Source: Minisyncoccota bacterium
GTDB lineage: Bacteria; Patescibacteriota; Minisyncoccia; Phycocordibacterales; UBA5272
DNA length: 59,250 nt
Reading direction: 5' to 3'
NCBI GenBank assembly: GCA_018061825.1
Contig: JAGOTK010000003.1
Coordinates: 1-59,250, forward strand
In this document: in pieces, positions 1 to 11,994 of the stretch
Position numbering within the stretch: the first letter of the stretch is position 1
Layout: the number at the start of each line of letters is the position of its first letter
Notes under the pieces: generated by a model
Seen by the model: only the letters and a program-made list of their open reading frames with translations
The model's database searches: none
What the model was told of the DNA's origin: nothing
Translations under genes and position numbers: made by a program

Positions 1-94
1 TTTTGTTAAAAATTTTCTACTATAATCATTGAGCCAATACATATATTTAATTAATTTTTAATTTTATTTTTAATAAATTGATAAGAAATACTTT

Positions 95-1444
95 TTAAAA
101 TAAATCATCTCCGGTAATACTCTGACTACGCTTGTTATAATTTATAGATTTCTTTCCAAAAAAATCTACATGCTTTGTCACTATCACCTCTTCATTAAAC
201 CAATTTGTCTCTTCTAACAACTTGCTATCTACTTCAAATATTCTTGAAAGTCCTATACTATCTAGAGAATTATTTAATCTATTTTTAACAAATTCTAAGA
301 CTGTAGTTTTTGAAAGAAAATCAAGCTCACCCGCTTCAAATATCCAGTCAACTACTTTCTTTTCAGCCCCATAAGCTTCTTCACAAGCTTTTATAATAGT
401 ATTATTATAATCTTCGTCAAACCATTCTGGATGTTCATCTCTTATAATATTTATCAAATCAATTCCAAATAATCCATGTATTTGCTCTTCTTTTGAAGTT
501 GCTTCTATAGCATTAGAAATTCCTTTAAATAAAAATCTTTTTTTATTAAATGACATTATAATTAAAAATTGAGAAAATAAAGACACATGCTCAATAAATA
601 AAGAAAAAAGAAGTACAGAAAGAGCATATTCTTTATTATCTTCACTTCTAGAATTTGCTATACTTTTATTTAAATATTTTACTCTATCCATCAAAGCTGG
701 AGTATCTTTTATTTTTGTAAATTCTTCATTTAATCCAAGTAATTCTAAAAGATGAGCATAGGCATCTGTATGTCTAACTTCACTTTCTGCAAAAGTAGAT
801 CCCACAGCTCCGATTTCTGATTTTGGCATTTTTTTATAAATATCACCCCAGAAAGTTTTTACTGCTACTTCTATCTGCGCAATAGCAAGCATAGAATTTT
901 TAATTGCATTTTTTTCTTTTTCTGAAACTTCAACTTTAAAATCTTGTATATCTTTTACAAAATTAAATTCAGTATGTACCCAATAAGAATGACGAATAGC
1001 ACTCACATATTCATAAAGCTCTGGGTATTCATATGGCTTCAAATTTATTCTTTTTGCAAAAATATCTCTTTTACGCAATTTCGCTCTCTCTTCACGATAA
1101 ATAATATAAGCTTTTGCTACTGAATGATATTCTGATGACATTAAAGCTTCTTCTACAATATCTTGAACGTCTTCAATCCAAAATGTACCATTTACAGTAT
1201 CTAAAATTTTCTTATCTATTTGATTTGGATTATTTGTGTCTGCTTCTTTTTTTGCTTTATCAAATCTTTTTTCAAGTAACTCTGCAACTTTGTCAGCTAC
1301 TTTATTTGCATCTTCTACTGAACCTACACCAATATTAGACATAGCTTTATAAATAGCATTTGCAATTTTTTCTATATCAAACTTTTGAAGACTCTCATCT
1401 CTTTTTTTTACATATTTTAAAACAGTATTTATAAAAGGGCTCAT
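95..1444 (-). CDS. nrdB: Ribonucleotide reductase radical-generating (R2, ferritin-like) subunit with N-terminal ATP-cone
   Basis: 449-aa ORF. N-terminal ~90 aa is ATP-cone-like (KRDESLQKFDIEKIANAIYKA...). R2 di-metal/radical motifs present: FAESEVRHTDAYAHLL (ExxH...Y) and SKEEQIHGLFG (ExxH). Confidence 0.85.
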   Translation of the reverse strand: MSPFINTVLKYVKKRDESLQKFDIEKIANAIYKAMSNIGVGSVEDANKVADKVAELLEKRFDKAKKEADTNNPNQIDKKILDTVNGTFWIEDVQDIVEEALMSSEYHSVAKAYIIYREERAKLRKRDIFAKRINLKPYEYPELYEYVSAIRHSYWVHTEFNFVKDIQDFKVEVSEKEKNAIKNSMLAIAQIEVAVKTFWGDIYKKMPKSEIGAVGSTFAESEVRHTDAYAHLLELLGLNEEFTKIKDTPALMDRVKYLNKSIANSRSEDNKEYALSVLLFSLFIEHVSLFSQFLIIMSFNKKRFLFKGISNAIEATSKEEQIHGLFGIDLINIIRDEHPEWFDEDYNNTIIKACEEAYGAEKKVVDWIFEAGELDFLSKTTVLEFVKNRLNNSLDSIGLSRIFEVDSKLLEETNWFNEEVIVTKHVDFFGKKSINYNKRSQSITGDDLF

Positions 1445-1639
1445 AATTTTTAAAAGATTAATTTAATAAATAAAACGAATATAAAGCAAAATCACTATAA
1501 TCATTTATATTATAAATATACTATATATATTTCTATAAACATCTTTTGAAAATAAAAAAACACACTTATTTGACATATCAAAAATATATTTTATAGAGAA
1601 AAGAAACTGACTTTTAAGCTGTCAAATATATACCCAAAA

Positions 1640-2941
1640 TTATACCCTTTTGATTTTATTTCTTAATAATTTATGATATGAAATAGCAAATCTGTGGGCT
1701 TCATTATTTGCTAAAATGATAGATTTGTTGTATCTTTCTTTTTCTAATTTTTCCACAGCAGAATCAAATAAAATCTCCCTAGCTTTATGTCTATCATTTT
1801 TGACTACAGATAGCACTTTTATTTCCTGTGAGTCTTTTTTAGATAAAATATTTTTTAATATATTTTTTGCAAATTTTAAATGAGTTTTTCCACCATCTAC
1901 CACTATCAGATTTGGATATTTCCATTCCTTATGTTTAAATCTTCTTTCCAGAATTTCTTTTAATCCTAAAAGATCATTATTTATAAATTCTTGTAATTTA
2001 AATTTTTTATAATCCTCTTTTTTAAACTCTCCTCCTTCCAATACTATCATCACTCCGACTCTACTAGTACCAGATATATGAGCAACATCATATGCTTCGA
2101 TTCTAAAATGTTCTCCGTTTTCATTTTCTAAATTATTATTTTTTATTAAAGATATTTCTCTTAAATGATTTAAAGAAAATATTTTGTCTCTAGCTTCTTT
2201 TGCTTTCTCAAAAGCATTTATTTTAGCAAACTTCTTCATTTCTTTTTCAAGATCTTCAGTTAATTTTACATTTTCACTATTTAGTATTTTTTCTATGGCA
2301 TCAAGATTTTTTTTATAATCTTTTTCAGATATTTTCCCAATACACGATCCAGGACAAAGACCTATCTGATAATTAAAACAAGGTTTTAAATTTATATTTA
2401 AAAATTCTCTCCCTTTTATTGGTTTTGGTGGTAAATCACATTTATCTCTAAAAGGAAATATTTTTCTTATTATTTTCATTATTTCTACAAGCTCCATTTT
2501 TGATACAAATGGCCCAAAAGATTTTAAGATCTTATTATCTATAATATCCCTACCTCTGATAACAAGGACTCTTGGAAAATCTTCTTTAGTAAAAACTACA
2601 AATGAATGACTCTTATCATCTTTTTCTTTAGTATTAAAAAATGGTTGAAATTCTTTTATATATTTTGATTCAAGAATTATAGCTTCTAATACAGAATTTG
2701 TTTTTAAAAAGAAAATATCTTTAGTATTTTCTATCATACTTTGTATTTTTATTCCTCTAGAATTTATTAAATCATTATTAAAATAACTACTTATTCTGTC
2801 TTTTAAAATAGTAGCTTTTCCAATATATAAAATGTCTTCTTTTTTTGGGATATTATTTTTTGATTTATTTTTTTTATCTAGAAAAAAATAAACTCCAGAA
2901 ATTTCTGGTAATTTGTACTTTTTAAATTCATCTTTCCTCAT
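1640..2941 (-). CDS. uvrC: Excinuclease ABC subunit C, short form lacking the C-terminal (HhH)2 domain
   Basis: 433 aa. GIY-YIG N-terminus (GVYFF...ILYIGKATILKDRISSYF), UVR motif (FEKAKEARDKIFSL), EndoV-like region (RIEAYDVAHISGTSRVG). Ends right after NNEAHRFAISYHKLLRNK. Confidence 0.85.
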   Translation of the reverse strand: MRKDEFKKYKLPEISGVYFFLDKKNKSKNNIPKKEDILYIGKATILKDRISSYFNNDLINSRGIKIQSMIENTKDIFFLKTNSVLEAIILESKYIKEFQPFFNTKEKDDKSHSFVVFTKEDFPRVLVIRGRDIIDNKILKSFGPFVSKMELVEIMKIIRKIFPFRDKCDLPPKPIKGREFLNINLKPCFNYQIGLCPGSCIGKISEKDYKKNLDAIEKILNSENVKLTEDLEKEMKKFAKINAFEKAKEARDKIFSLNHLREISLIKNNNLENENGEHFRIEAYDVAHISGTSRVGVMIVLEGGEFKKEDYKKFKLQEFINNDLLGLKEILERRFKHKEWKYPNLIVVDGGKTHLKFAKNILKNILSKKDSQEIKVLSVVKNDRHKAREILFDSAVEKLEKERYNKSIILANNEAHRFAISYHKLLRNKIKRV

Positions 2942-2961
2942 ATATCTATGATAACAGAAAA

Positions 2962-4164
2962 TTATTCAAATATTTTAAACTCTGTAAATATTGTCTTATA
3001 TAAATCAAAAGTATTTTTTGCTATTCTCTCTGTAATTACAAACCTAGATCCATCATGAGCTATTCTATTTCTTATTTTATGCGCTGCCCAAGCAAGATCA
3101 ATTGTGTTAAAATTTGCGACAGAAAGTCTATCAGCTATTGTGATTCCTTGATATCCCCTATCTATTAATAAGTCATTTAAAATATTGTCTGCTTCCAATA
3201 TACCAACTCTCCAAAGAGCTTCATCTTTTCCTTCACTATAATTTAAAACAATGTTCCATTTTTCTTTATATTGTTTTAAATTATTTTCAGCTTCTATATC
3301 TTTTTCTGTAATTTCATTTTTAGATTGGATTTTTATTAGATTATTTTTATTAATATTTTTATTTTTCTCAGAATAATTTAAAATATTTATTTTATTTCTT
3401 TCTAAAATTTCCAAATCTTCTTCACTTAAAGAACTTTCATCAATCGGTAAACCTATAATTCCAGCTGGAATTTCTTCGTCTTCCAGATCTTTATAATCTT
3501 TTTCATCATATTCGTCTGAAAGAAAAGAATCTTTAACATATTCTTTATGAAGACTTTTCTTTTCTTTTAATCTTTTAATTCTTTCTATTCTATTTTTTAA
3601 TTTTTCTTCTCTTTCTTTATCTTTCTTTTTTCTCTTACTTGCAAAGACTATATACAACCATTGAAAAATGCTGTAAATTAAAATTAATAATATAAAAAAA
3701 GCAAAAGTGCTAATTATGTCTGCAAAAAAAGAAAGTATTGGATTTTGAATAGAAAAATGAAGACCGTAAAACCATGGATCATTATTTACTTGACTGACAG
3801 CAAAATTAACATCAACAGGATTTGCTGCATTATAATTAGTCATGTCTCCAGAATAAGAGAGAAATTTATTATTCACATCACTTCCAAATACATGTGAGCT
3901 AATAACATCCCACCAAGATTGACTATGCGTAGAACCAAGATAAATTGAAGTAGGGCTCAAATCTGGAGAAGGGTTAGATAAAGGATTTGTAGTGCTTGCT
4001 GAAATCCAACCTCTGTTTATGAGACCGTCCCAAGTATCATATTTATGATCTACAATATAATCTTTTGGATCAATACGAAGTATCCAAAATAAAATAGCGT
4101 AGCGAATGGCAAGCAAAAAATTGTAAACGAGATTGAAAAAATAATCAAAATTTATAGAATACAT
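2962..4164 (-). CDS. Two-TM membrane protein with charged coiled-coil linker and C-terminal HEPN/DUF4145-like domain
   Basis: 400-aa ORF with hydrophobic helices near aa 10-30 and 150-175 and a KKKDKEREEKLKNRIERIKRLKEKK linker. C-terminus ...AWAAHKIRNRIAHDGS carries an Rx4H motif. Own TGATATAAT -10 at 4182-4190. Confidence 0.6.
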   Translation of the reverse strand: MYSINFDYFFNLVYNFLLAIRYAILFWILRIDPKDYIVDHKYDTWDGLINRGWISASTTNPLSNPSPDLSPTSIYLGSTHSQSWWDVISSHVFGSDVNNKFLSYSGDMTNYNAANPVDVNFAVSQVNNDPWFYGLHFSIQNPILSFFADIISTFAFFILLILIYSIFQWLYIVFASKRKKKDKEREEKLKNRIERIKRLKEKKSLHKEYVKDSFLSDEYDEKDYKDLEDEEIPAGIIGLPIDESSLSEEDLEILERNKINILNYSEKNKNINKNNLIKIQSKNEITEKDIEAENNLKQYKEKWNIVLNYSEGKDEALWRVGILEADNILNDLLIDRGYQGITIADRLSVANFNTIDLAWAAHKIRNRIAHDGSRFVITERIAKNTFDLYKTIFTEFKIFE

Positions 4165-4181
4165 GAATTATATATAATAAA

Positions 4182-4190
4182 ATTATATCA
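4182..4190 (-). promoter_or_regulatory. Extended -10 TGATATAAT, 17 nt before the ATG of the 400-aa gene
   Basis: Plus-strand attatatca. Confidence 0.5.
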
Positions 4191-4212
4191 CGAAGAAAAC
4201 TGATAATATTTT

Positions 4213-5673
4213 TTATTTTTGTATAATAGCTTCTATTTCTTTTGCTATTTTAAAGAGTTTTTTATCCTCATAAATATCTCCTATAAGCTGAATTCCTATT
4301 GGTAAACTATTTTGATTTACATCTTCCTTTTTCTTTGTTGGAATAGATATTGAAGGTGAAGAAATTATATTTGCTGGTACTGTAAAAATATCTGCCAAAT
4401 ACATTGAAAGAGGATCGCTCTTTTCTCCGAATTTCCATGGGAATATTGGTGAGGTTGGAGTCATTATCATATCGACATCTTTAAAGCTTTTTTGAAATTC
4501 TTGTCTTAAAACTTCTCTTGCTATGACAGCTTTATTATAAAAAGCATCAAAATATCCCGCAGAAAGAATATATGTACCTAAAAGAATTCTTCTTCTTACT
4601 TCATCACCAAATCCAGCAGTACGAGAATTTATAAAATTCTCTATTGTATTTTTTCCAGGTATTGAAAGACCGTAGCGTACACCATCATATCTACCCATAT
4701 TTGAAGATACTTCAGCGGGACAAATCACATAATAAATAGCTAAAGCTTTATCAATGTTAGGCAAATCAACTTCTACTATTTCATAACCAGCATTTTTAAT
4801 TTTCTCTTTTTGATTTTCAAAGTCTTCTAAAATTTCTTTTGCTATACCTTTTTTAATTTCTTCATTATTTAAAATTTTTGGAATACCTATTTTCTTTTTA
4901 ATATTTATTTCTTTATTTCTAAAATCATCTTTTAGACTTGTTGCGTCTTTTGTGTCGTGAAAAGATATTAAATCAAAAAATGCTTCAGCATCTTCTACGG
5001 TGTTTGCAAATGGACCAATTTGATCAAGTGATGAGCCCATAGCCATTAGTCCATATCTTGATACCAATCCATAAGATGGCTTATATCCTACAAGATTACA
5101 AAATGCAGCTGGAAGACGAATAGAGCCTCCCGTATCAGATCCAAGAGAAATTGGCGCTGCATCGTATGCTACAGATGCTGCTGATCCACCAGACGATCCA
5201 CCAGGTACTCTAGAAATATCTATTGGATTCTTTGTGACTCCATACGCAGAATTTTCTGTACTTGACCCCATTGCAAATTCATCCATGTTGGCACGTGCCA
5301 AAATAATAGCTCCCGCTTCTTTTATTTTTGCGACAACTGATGAATCATAAGTTGCTATATAATTTTCAAGCATCTTTGAACCAGCAGAAGCTATTTCTCC
5401 TTCTACTAAAATATTGTCTTTTAATATTATTGGAACTCCTGTAAACAAATTTCCCCTTCCTTCATCAATCATTTTTTGTGCATTTTCTATTTGATCGTTG
5501 ATAAATTTTTCTGAAAACAAACCTAAAATAGAATTTATATTTTCCTCTTCACTTAAATCTTTATTTACTCTCTTTTCGTGATTTTTAATTATCTCTATAG
5601 ATTCGTTTACTATATCTCTTACAGATTTTTCTTTTGAGATTAATTCTTTGTGTATTTCTTTTAATGTCTTCAT
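4213..5673 (-). CDS. gatA: Asp/Glu-tRNA(Asn/Gln) amidotransferase subunit A
   Basis: 486 aa. Amidase signature GGSSGGSAASVA and typical GatA ends. Confidence 0.95.
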   Translation of the reverse strand: MKTLKEIHKELISKEKSVRDIVNESIEIIKNHEKRVNKDLSEEENINSILGLFSEKFINDQIENAQKMIDEGRGNLFTGVPIILKDNILVEGEIASAGSKMLENYIATYDSSVVAKIKEAGAIILARANMDEFAMGSSTENSAYGVTKNPIDISRVPGGSSGGSAASVAYDAAPISLGSDTGGSIRLPAAFCNLVGYKPSYGLVSRYGLMAMGSSLDQIGPFANTVEDAEAFFDLISFHDTKDATSLKDDFRNKEINIKKKIGIPKILNNEEIKKGIAKEILEDFENQKEKIKNAGYEIVEVDLPNIDKALAIYYVICPAEVSSNMGRYDGVRYGLSIPGKNTIENFINSRTAGFGDEVRRRILLGTYILSAGYFDAFYNKAVIAREVLRQEFQKSFKDVDMIMTPTSPIFPWKFGEKSDPLSMYLADIFTVPANIISSPSISIPTKKKEDVNQNSLPIGIQLIGDIYEDKKLFKIAKEIEAIIQK

Positions 5674-5687
5674 AGATTTATTTAAAA

Positions 5688-6017
5688 TTATTTTTTGATC
5701 ACTTTACTTACTTTTACAAAATCGTCTTTTGTGTCTGGAGCATTGGCTAAAAGTTTTTCAGTATATCCTCTTCCTTCATTAAGGATAATGTCTTCACGCA
5801 TTTCATTTTTATTAAAAGAATTTAAAAATTGATTTCCATATGACTCTCCACCTGATGATTCAATACCTCCGGCCGCCATTTCTGAAACTTGACCAACATA
5901 ATTTAAAATCTCTTTCATTTCTGTTAGAAATTTTTCTTTCTCTTCTTCTGTTAAAGATAATCTAGAAAGCATTGCTACATTTTCTAGATCTTTTTTTGTA
6001 AATTCTATATTAGACAT
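5688..6017 (-). CDS. gatC: Asp/Glu-tRNA amidotransferase subunit C
   Basis: 109 aa, directly upstream of gatA. VAMLSRLSLTEEEKEKF... is typical of GatC. Confidence 0.8.
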   Translation of the reverse strand: MSNIEFTKKDLENVAMLSRLSLTEEEKEKFLTEMKEILNYVGQVSEMAAGGIESSGGESYGNQFLNSFNKNEMREDIILNEGRGYTEKLLANAPDTKDDFVKVSKVIKK

Positions 6018-6035
6018 ATATCTTGTTATTAAAGT

Positions 6036-6044
6036 ATTCTATCA
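6036..6044 (-). promoter_or_regulatory. Extended -10 TGATAGAAT upstream of gatC
   Basis: Plus-strand attctatca; 18 nt to the ATG. Confidence 0.45.
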
Positions 6045-6081
6045 AAAAATACTAATTTTCTCAAATAAATTTTTTAAACAT

Positions 6082-8250
<2,169 letters not shown>

Positions 8251-8283
8251 TTAAAGCAATTTAAGACACTTTAAAAAGTTAAA

Positions 8284-9009
8284 TTAATAAGAAAATTCAA
8301 ATATAGATCTACTGACTCTTGCTCTATTCTTACTATTACAACTTGAATATCCTGTAGAAATAATGCCAAAATATGCCGTAGTATCTGTAGCTACACTGTA
8401 CCTTTCTTTAGAAAATACAACCAAAGCACACTGCGACACTATATCTCCTGTATTTGGATCTTCACTTTTTATTATTAAACCTATCGTAGTAGTAGCGTGT
8501 GTACCATCTCCTGTAATGTTGTAAGAAGATAGATTATTGTCTAAATTATTTTCCACAGCTTTTGGAGTAGAGGCATAAGCACCAAAAATTTGATTGTAAG
8601 TACTATCATCACTATTACAATAAATTCCACTCGGACTAGTGATACCTGTCTTGTTTATGACAGTACTTGAAGAAAAGAAAATATTTTGACTAGCATTTGT
8701 ATTAAAATCATAAGCACCGTCACTTGTAGATGTAGAATTTAAAATCAAAGAAATGCCAAGAATATCATCTTTAAAATTTGAATCTAAATATTTTGCGCAC
8801 TCTATACCAGAATCTGCTACAGCATAAGAAGATTTACTAAGCTCTATCAGTTTTGAAAAATATATTTCTTTTGTCATTATTCTTGATACAGAAAATGATG
8901 ATATAAGTAAAATAGAAATTATAATTAAAGTAAAAGCTAATATATACCCAGACTCTACATCTCTTTTTGATCTTTTTAAAAATAAATTCATAAAATTATT
9001 ATTTTGCAT
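8284..9009 (-). CDS. Type IV pilus minor component, PilX-like (hydrophobic N-terminus without the GFTLxE motif)
   Basis: 241 aa. N-terminus ESGYILAFTLIIISILLISSF; overlaps the upstream minor pilin gene by 11 nt; last gene of the pilin block. Confidence 0.5.
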   Translation of the reverse strand: MQNNNFMNLFLKRSKRDVESGYILAFTLIIISILLISSFSVSRIMTKEIYFSKLIELSKSSYAVADSGIECAKYLDSNFKDDILGISLILNSTSTSDGAYDFNTNASQNIFFSSSTVINKTGITSPSGIYCNSDDSTYNQIFGAYASTPKAVENNLDNNLSSYNITGDGTHATTTIGLIIKSEDPNTGDIVSQCALVVFSKERYSVATDTTAYFGIISTGYSSCNSKNRARVSRSIFEFSY

Positions 9010-9703
9010 ATATATAGTCTATAACACTTACAAATCTCTGCCCCTGAATAAAAGTGCCCCCTTCTAAATAGATCACCTTAACTTCGACTTTCAAAGTATT
9101 TGCTGAGATTTTTGTAAGATTTACAGTCCTTTTAAAATTTGTACTATATCCATATGAGCAATTATAACCATCACTTTCAATAAATTTTAATGATATACAT
9201 GATGGTGAAGATGCCAATTTGTTGTTAAATAGATTTCCAGGATTATAATAAAAAGCCACATTGTCTAAATTTAAATTTGTCCTAGAATCTACATCAAGAC
9301 CTTCCATGACTGCAGCTAAAAATATTTTCCAAGCAATACTTTGTGGATTTGTATCTGGTGGAACAGATGTATTGTAATAACTTATAGGCACAGAATCTCC
9401 TAAATTAGTATCACTAGAACAATATATAGAATCTATTTGCTGAGTAGTGTAATTATAATTAATATTTAAAATAGAGCATGATAAAGCAAAATTATCTCTA
9501 TAATTTTTAAAATTTTCAAGTGTCTCTTCAGCCAAATAAGAAGCGGTTACTCTATTTCTATTTTCTCTTATCACTTTTAAAGCATTAAAGGTCAAAGATA
9601 AAGGTCCCATCACAGCAGTCATTATCAAAGCAATAGATACTAATGCTTCTATTAATGTAAATCCTTTATTATTTATTTTGTTTGTTTTCATTAAAAATTT
9701 CAT
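8999..9703 (-). CDS. Type IV minor pilin (prepilin-type N-terminal cleavage/methylation domain)
   Basis: 234 aa. Class III signal NNKGFTLIEALVSIALIMTAVMG. Confidence 0.75.
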   Translation of the reverse strand: MKFLMKTNKINNKGFTLIEALVSIALIMTAVMGPLSLTFNALKVIRENRNRVTASYLAEETLENFKNYRDNFALSCSILNINYNYTTQQIDSIYCSSDTNLGDSVPISYYNTSVPPDTNPQSIAWKIFLAAVMEGLDVDSRTNLNLDNVAFYYNPGNLFNNKLASSPSCISLKFIESDGYNCSYGYSTNFKRTVNLTKISANTLKVEVKVIYLEGGTFIQGQRFVSVIDYIYAK

Positions 9704-9706
9704 AAA

Positions 9707-10381
9707 TTAATTGTCTAATATTCTTTGTGAAGACACTACTTCTGCAGCAAATGTTGTAGTAGATACGATAATATTTTTCTGTAAATCTTTATTTAAAATA
9801 ATAATTCCAGATACAAATATTCTTACTTTTGGCTGTAGATAATCATTTACTCCTGTGCCTATTACATTAAACCAAAAAGTATCCAGCACAAGATCTTGTG
9901 TAGTGATTGGGTAAGTCACCTTAAGTGTATAAATTCCACCACTTAGATCATATTCAGCTTCATTTATTGTAGATTTATCTGTGTCTAAATAGTAAACAAC
10001 TTTTTGTGTATTAGACCCTTGTGGAGTAAATACTACAGCATTACATTCATTGTTTATACTATCACCAAATATTGTAGAAGAAGCGAAAGAATTATAATTA
10101 GAGCTAGATAAAAAATTTCCATTACTATTTATACAGCCATAATTACTACCAAATTTTATCTCACGAGACAGAGTATCCAATACTAGATTTATATTATCTA
10201 CAGCCATTCTATTGTTAGAAATTCTCTTGTAAGCTGTCTGTGAACTTAATAATACAGAAAGCCCACCGACTGCCACTATTGCAAATAAACTTGTGGCAAC
10301 AAGTAGCTCTATTAATGTAAAGCCTTTATTTATATTTAATTTTAAATAAAATTTTAAATTCATAAATCTAATTATTGACAT
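9707..10381 (-). CDS. Type IV minor pilin (prepilin-type N-terminus)
   Basis: 224 aa. NKGFTLIELLVATSLFAIVAVGG. Overlaps the upstream gene by 10 nt. Confidence 0.75.
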   Translation of the reverse strand: MSIIRFMNLKFYLKLNINKGFTLIELLVATSLFAIVAVGGLSVLLSSQTAYKRISNNRMAVDNINLVLDTLSREIKFGSNYGCINSNGNFLSSSNYNSFASSTIFGDSINNECNAVVFTPQGSNTQKVVYYLDTDKSTINEAEYDLSGGIYTLKVTYPITTQDLVLDTFWFNVIGTGVNDYLQPKVRIFVSGIIILNKDLQKNIIVSTTTFAAEVVSSQRILDN

Positions 10382-11013
10382 TTCCCATATACTGCTGAGA
10401 CTTGTCCTATTTTATATATATCTATATGTCTAACCTCTTTCACATTTACAGGAGTCAATTCTAGACAAGCATACACTATTGGTGTAGCTATACCCGCTTG
10501 ATCTATTGTAGTGGTGTAAGTCACTCCATCTGAGCTCAAAACTGAAAAATTTGCATATGATTTTGGTCTAACAAAAAAAACAGCAAGCTTTGTGGATTCA
10601 TTACTATAATTAGAACATCCATTAAGACATATTTTACCGATCTTAGTCCCATAATTTAATAATAAATCTTGTTCTGGTTTTGGGTTAGAGTTATTTAGTA
10701 ACTCACTAATAGTAAACTGTCCTTCATATTTATAAAAAGATTCTATTTTTGATGGATCAGTATTGTCAAAAAATACTCCATAGCCAATATTGTTTATATT
10801 ATTTGTAGCTGATACGAAAGTTGAAGATCTAGTCTGCATGTCTTGAAGAAATGTAGACAAATCAATAGAATCTGTAAAAAGAGAATTTTTAATCTGATTT
10901 TCTCTATATCCTGAATTAAGAGAAATAGCACTTAATATCGAAAATAAAGCTATAACCACCATTATTTCAACCAAAGTAAAGCCTTGCAATGATTTATTTT
11001 TTATAAATTTCAT
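10372..11013 (-). CDS. Type IV minor pilin (prepilin-type N-terminus)
   Basis: 213 aa. LQGFTLVEIMVVIALFSILSAI. Confidence 0.75.
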   Translation of the reverse strand: MKFIKNKSLQGFTLVEIMVVIALFSILSAISLNSGYRENQIKNSLFTDSIDLSTFLQDMQTRSSTFVSATNNINNIGYGVFFDNTDPSKIESFYKYEGQFTISELLNNSNPKPEQDLLLNYGTKIGKICLNGCSNYSNESTKLAVFFVRPKSYANFSVLSSDGVTYTTTIDQAGIATPIVYACLELTPVNVKEVRHIDIYKIGQVSAVYGKCQ

Positions 11014-11063
11014 GTTTATTATCTATATAATAACATGAAATTATATAAGAACTTTTAGGCTTA

Positions 11064-11900
11064 TTAATGAATAAAATTAGAAATTCCAAGTATATCTATA
11101 TGTAAGAATAATATTATTATAATAGACACTACTATAAAAGGAGCAAAAGGAATAGCGGATTTTTTATTATATTTTTTTGGAAGTAGATAAATTAAAAATA
11201 AAGAAATCAAAGCTCCAATCCATATAGACAATAAAAATACAGACATGCCATATATAAACCCAAGCAAATATCCTGTAGCAAAGAATAAAATAACATCGCC
11301 AAAACCTACGGCCTTACCTTTTGAAAAAAGATTTATAAAGAAAAATGGAGATGCTATCAAAATTCCAGAAAATAAATCTAAATAAAATAAAGTACTATAA
11401 CTACCATTATAAAAGCTCTGTAAATGTAAGACTTTCCACACTTCAAAAGCTATTCCTATTATTAAAAGAATTAAAGAAAAAGCAAGAGGCACTATCTTGT
11501 GTTTAAGATCATACAAAAATATTACACCAAGTGTCGTAAACAATAATGTATATAAAAATGCAAATAAGTATCCAGTAAAAATATTATAATCTAATGAGCT
11601 AACGTCAAAATATACTGATATTAAAAATTTATATGTAAGTAAAGAAAGAATACCAAAAACTATCTCTGTGTATAAATGCTTTGACCCTATTTTTGTTTTA
11701 CATTTTCTACATCTACCTTTTAAAAATATATAAGAAAATATTGGAATAAGATCAAAAAAAGAAAGCTTTTTAGAACAAGAATCACAAGTACTTCTCCCTG
11801 AAAAAAAAGATCTGATATAAAGTCTGTCTACTACTACATTTACAAAACTACCCATAGCTCCGCCAAAAAGAAAAATAAGAAAATAAAAAATAAAGTTCAT
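11064..11900 (-). CDS. pilD: Prepilin peptidase (A24 family)
   Basis: 278 aa, polytopic. Cys cluster CDSCSKK...GRCRKCKTKI and Asp motifs DLKHKIVP and GFGDVILFF. Confidence 0.85.
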   Translation of the reverse strand: MNFIFYFLIFLFGGAMGSFVNVVVDRLYIRSFFSGRSTCDSCSKKLSFFDLIPIFSYIFLKGRCRKCKTKIGSKHLYTEIVFGILSLLTYKFLISVYFDVSSLDYNIFTGYLFAFLYTLLFTTLGVIFLYDLKHKIVPLAFSLILLIIGIAFEVWKVLHLQSFYNGSYSTLFYLDLFSGILIASPFFFINLFSKGKAVGFGDVILFFATGYLLGFIYGMSVFLLSIWIGALISLFLIYLLPKKYNKKSAIPFAPFIVVSIIIILFLHIDILGISNFIH

Positions 11901-11940
11901 AAGTGTGTTTAAATTAATATTTATATTTTATCATAAAAAA

Positions 11941-11975
11941 ACAAAAGATCTCCTTTTGAGATCTTTTGTTTTTTG
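11941..11975 (-). terminator. Strong hairpin between the major pilin gene and pilD (likely attenuating terminator)
   Basis: acaaaagatctc-ctttt-gagatcttttgt flanked by A/T tracts on both sides. Confidence 0.8.
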
Positions 11976-11994
11976 AAATTAAGAAAAATTATTT

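Noticed and set aside
1492-1533. Possible tandem NrdR boxes upstream of nrdB (tcactataatcattta and atactatatatatttc).
   Set aside because: Each matches the remembered palindromic consensus only partially. The centre-to-centre spacing is ~26 bp rather than the ~31-32 bp I recall for NrdR sites, and AT-rich background makes such matches likely by chance.
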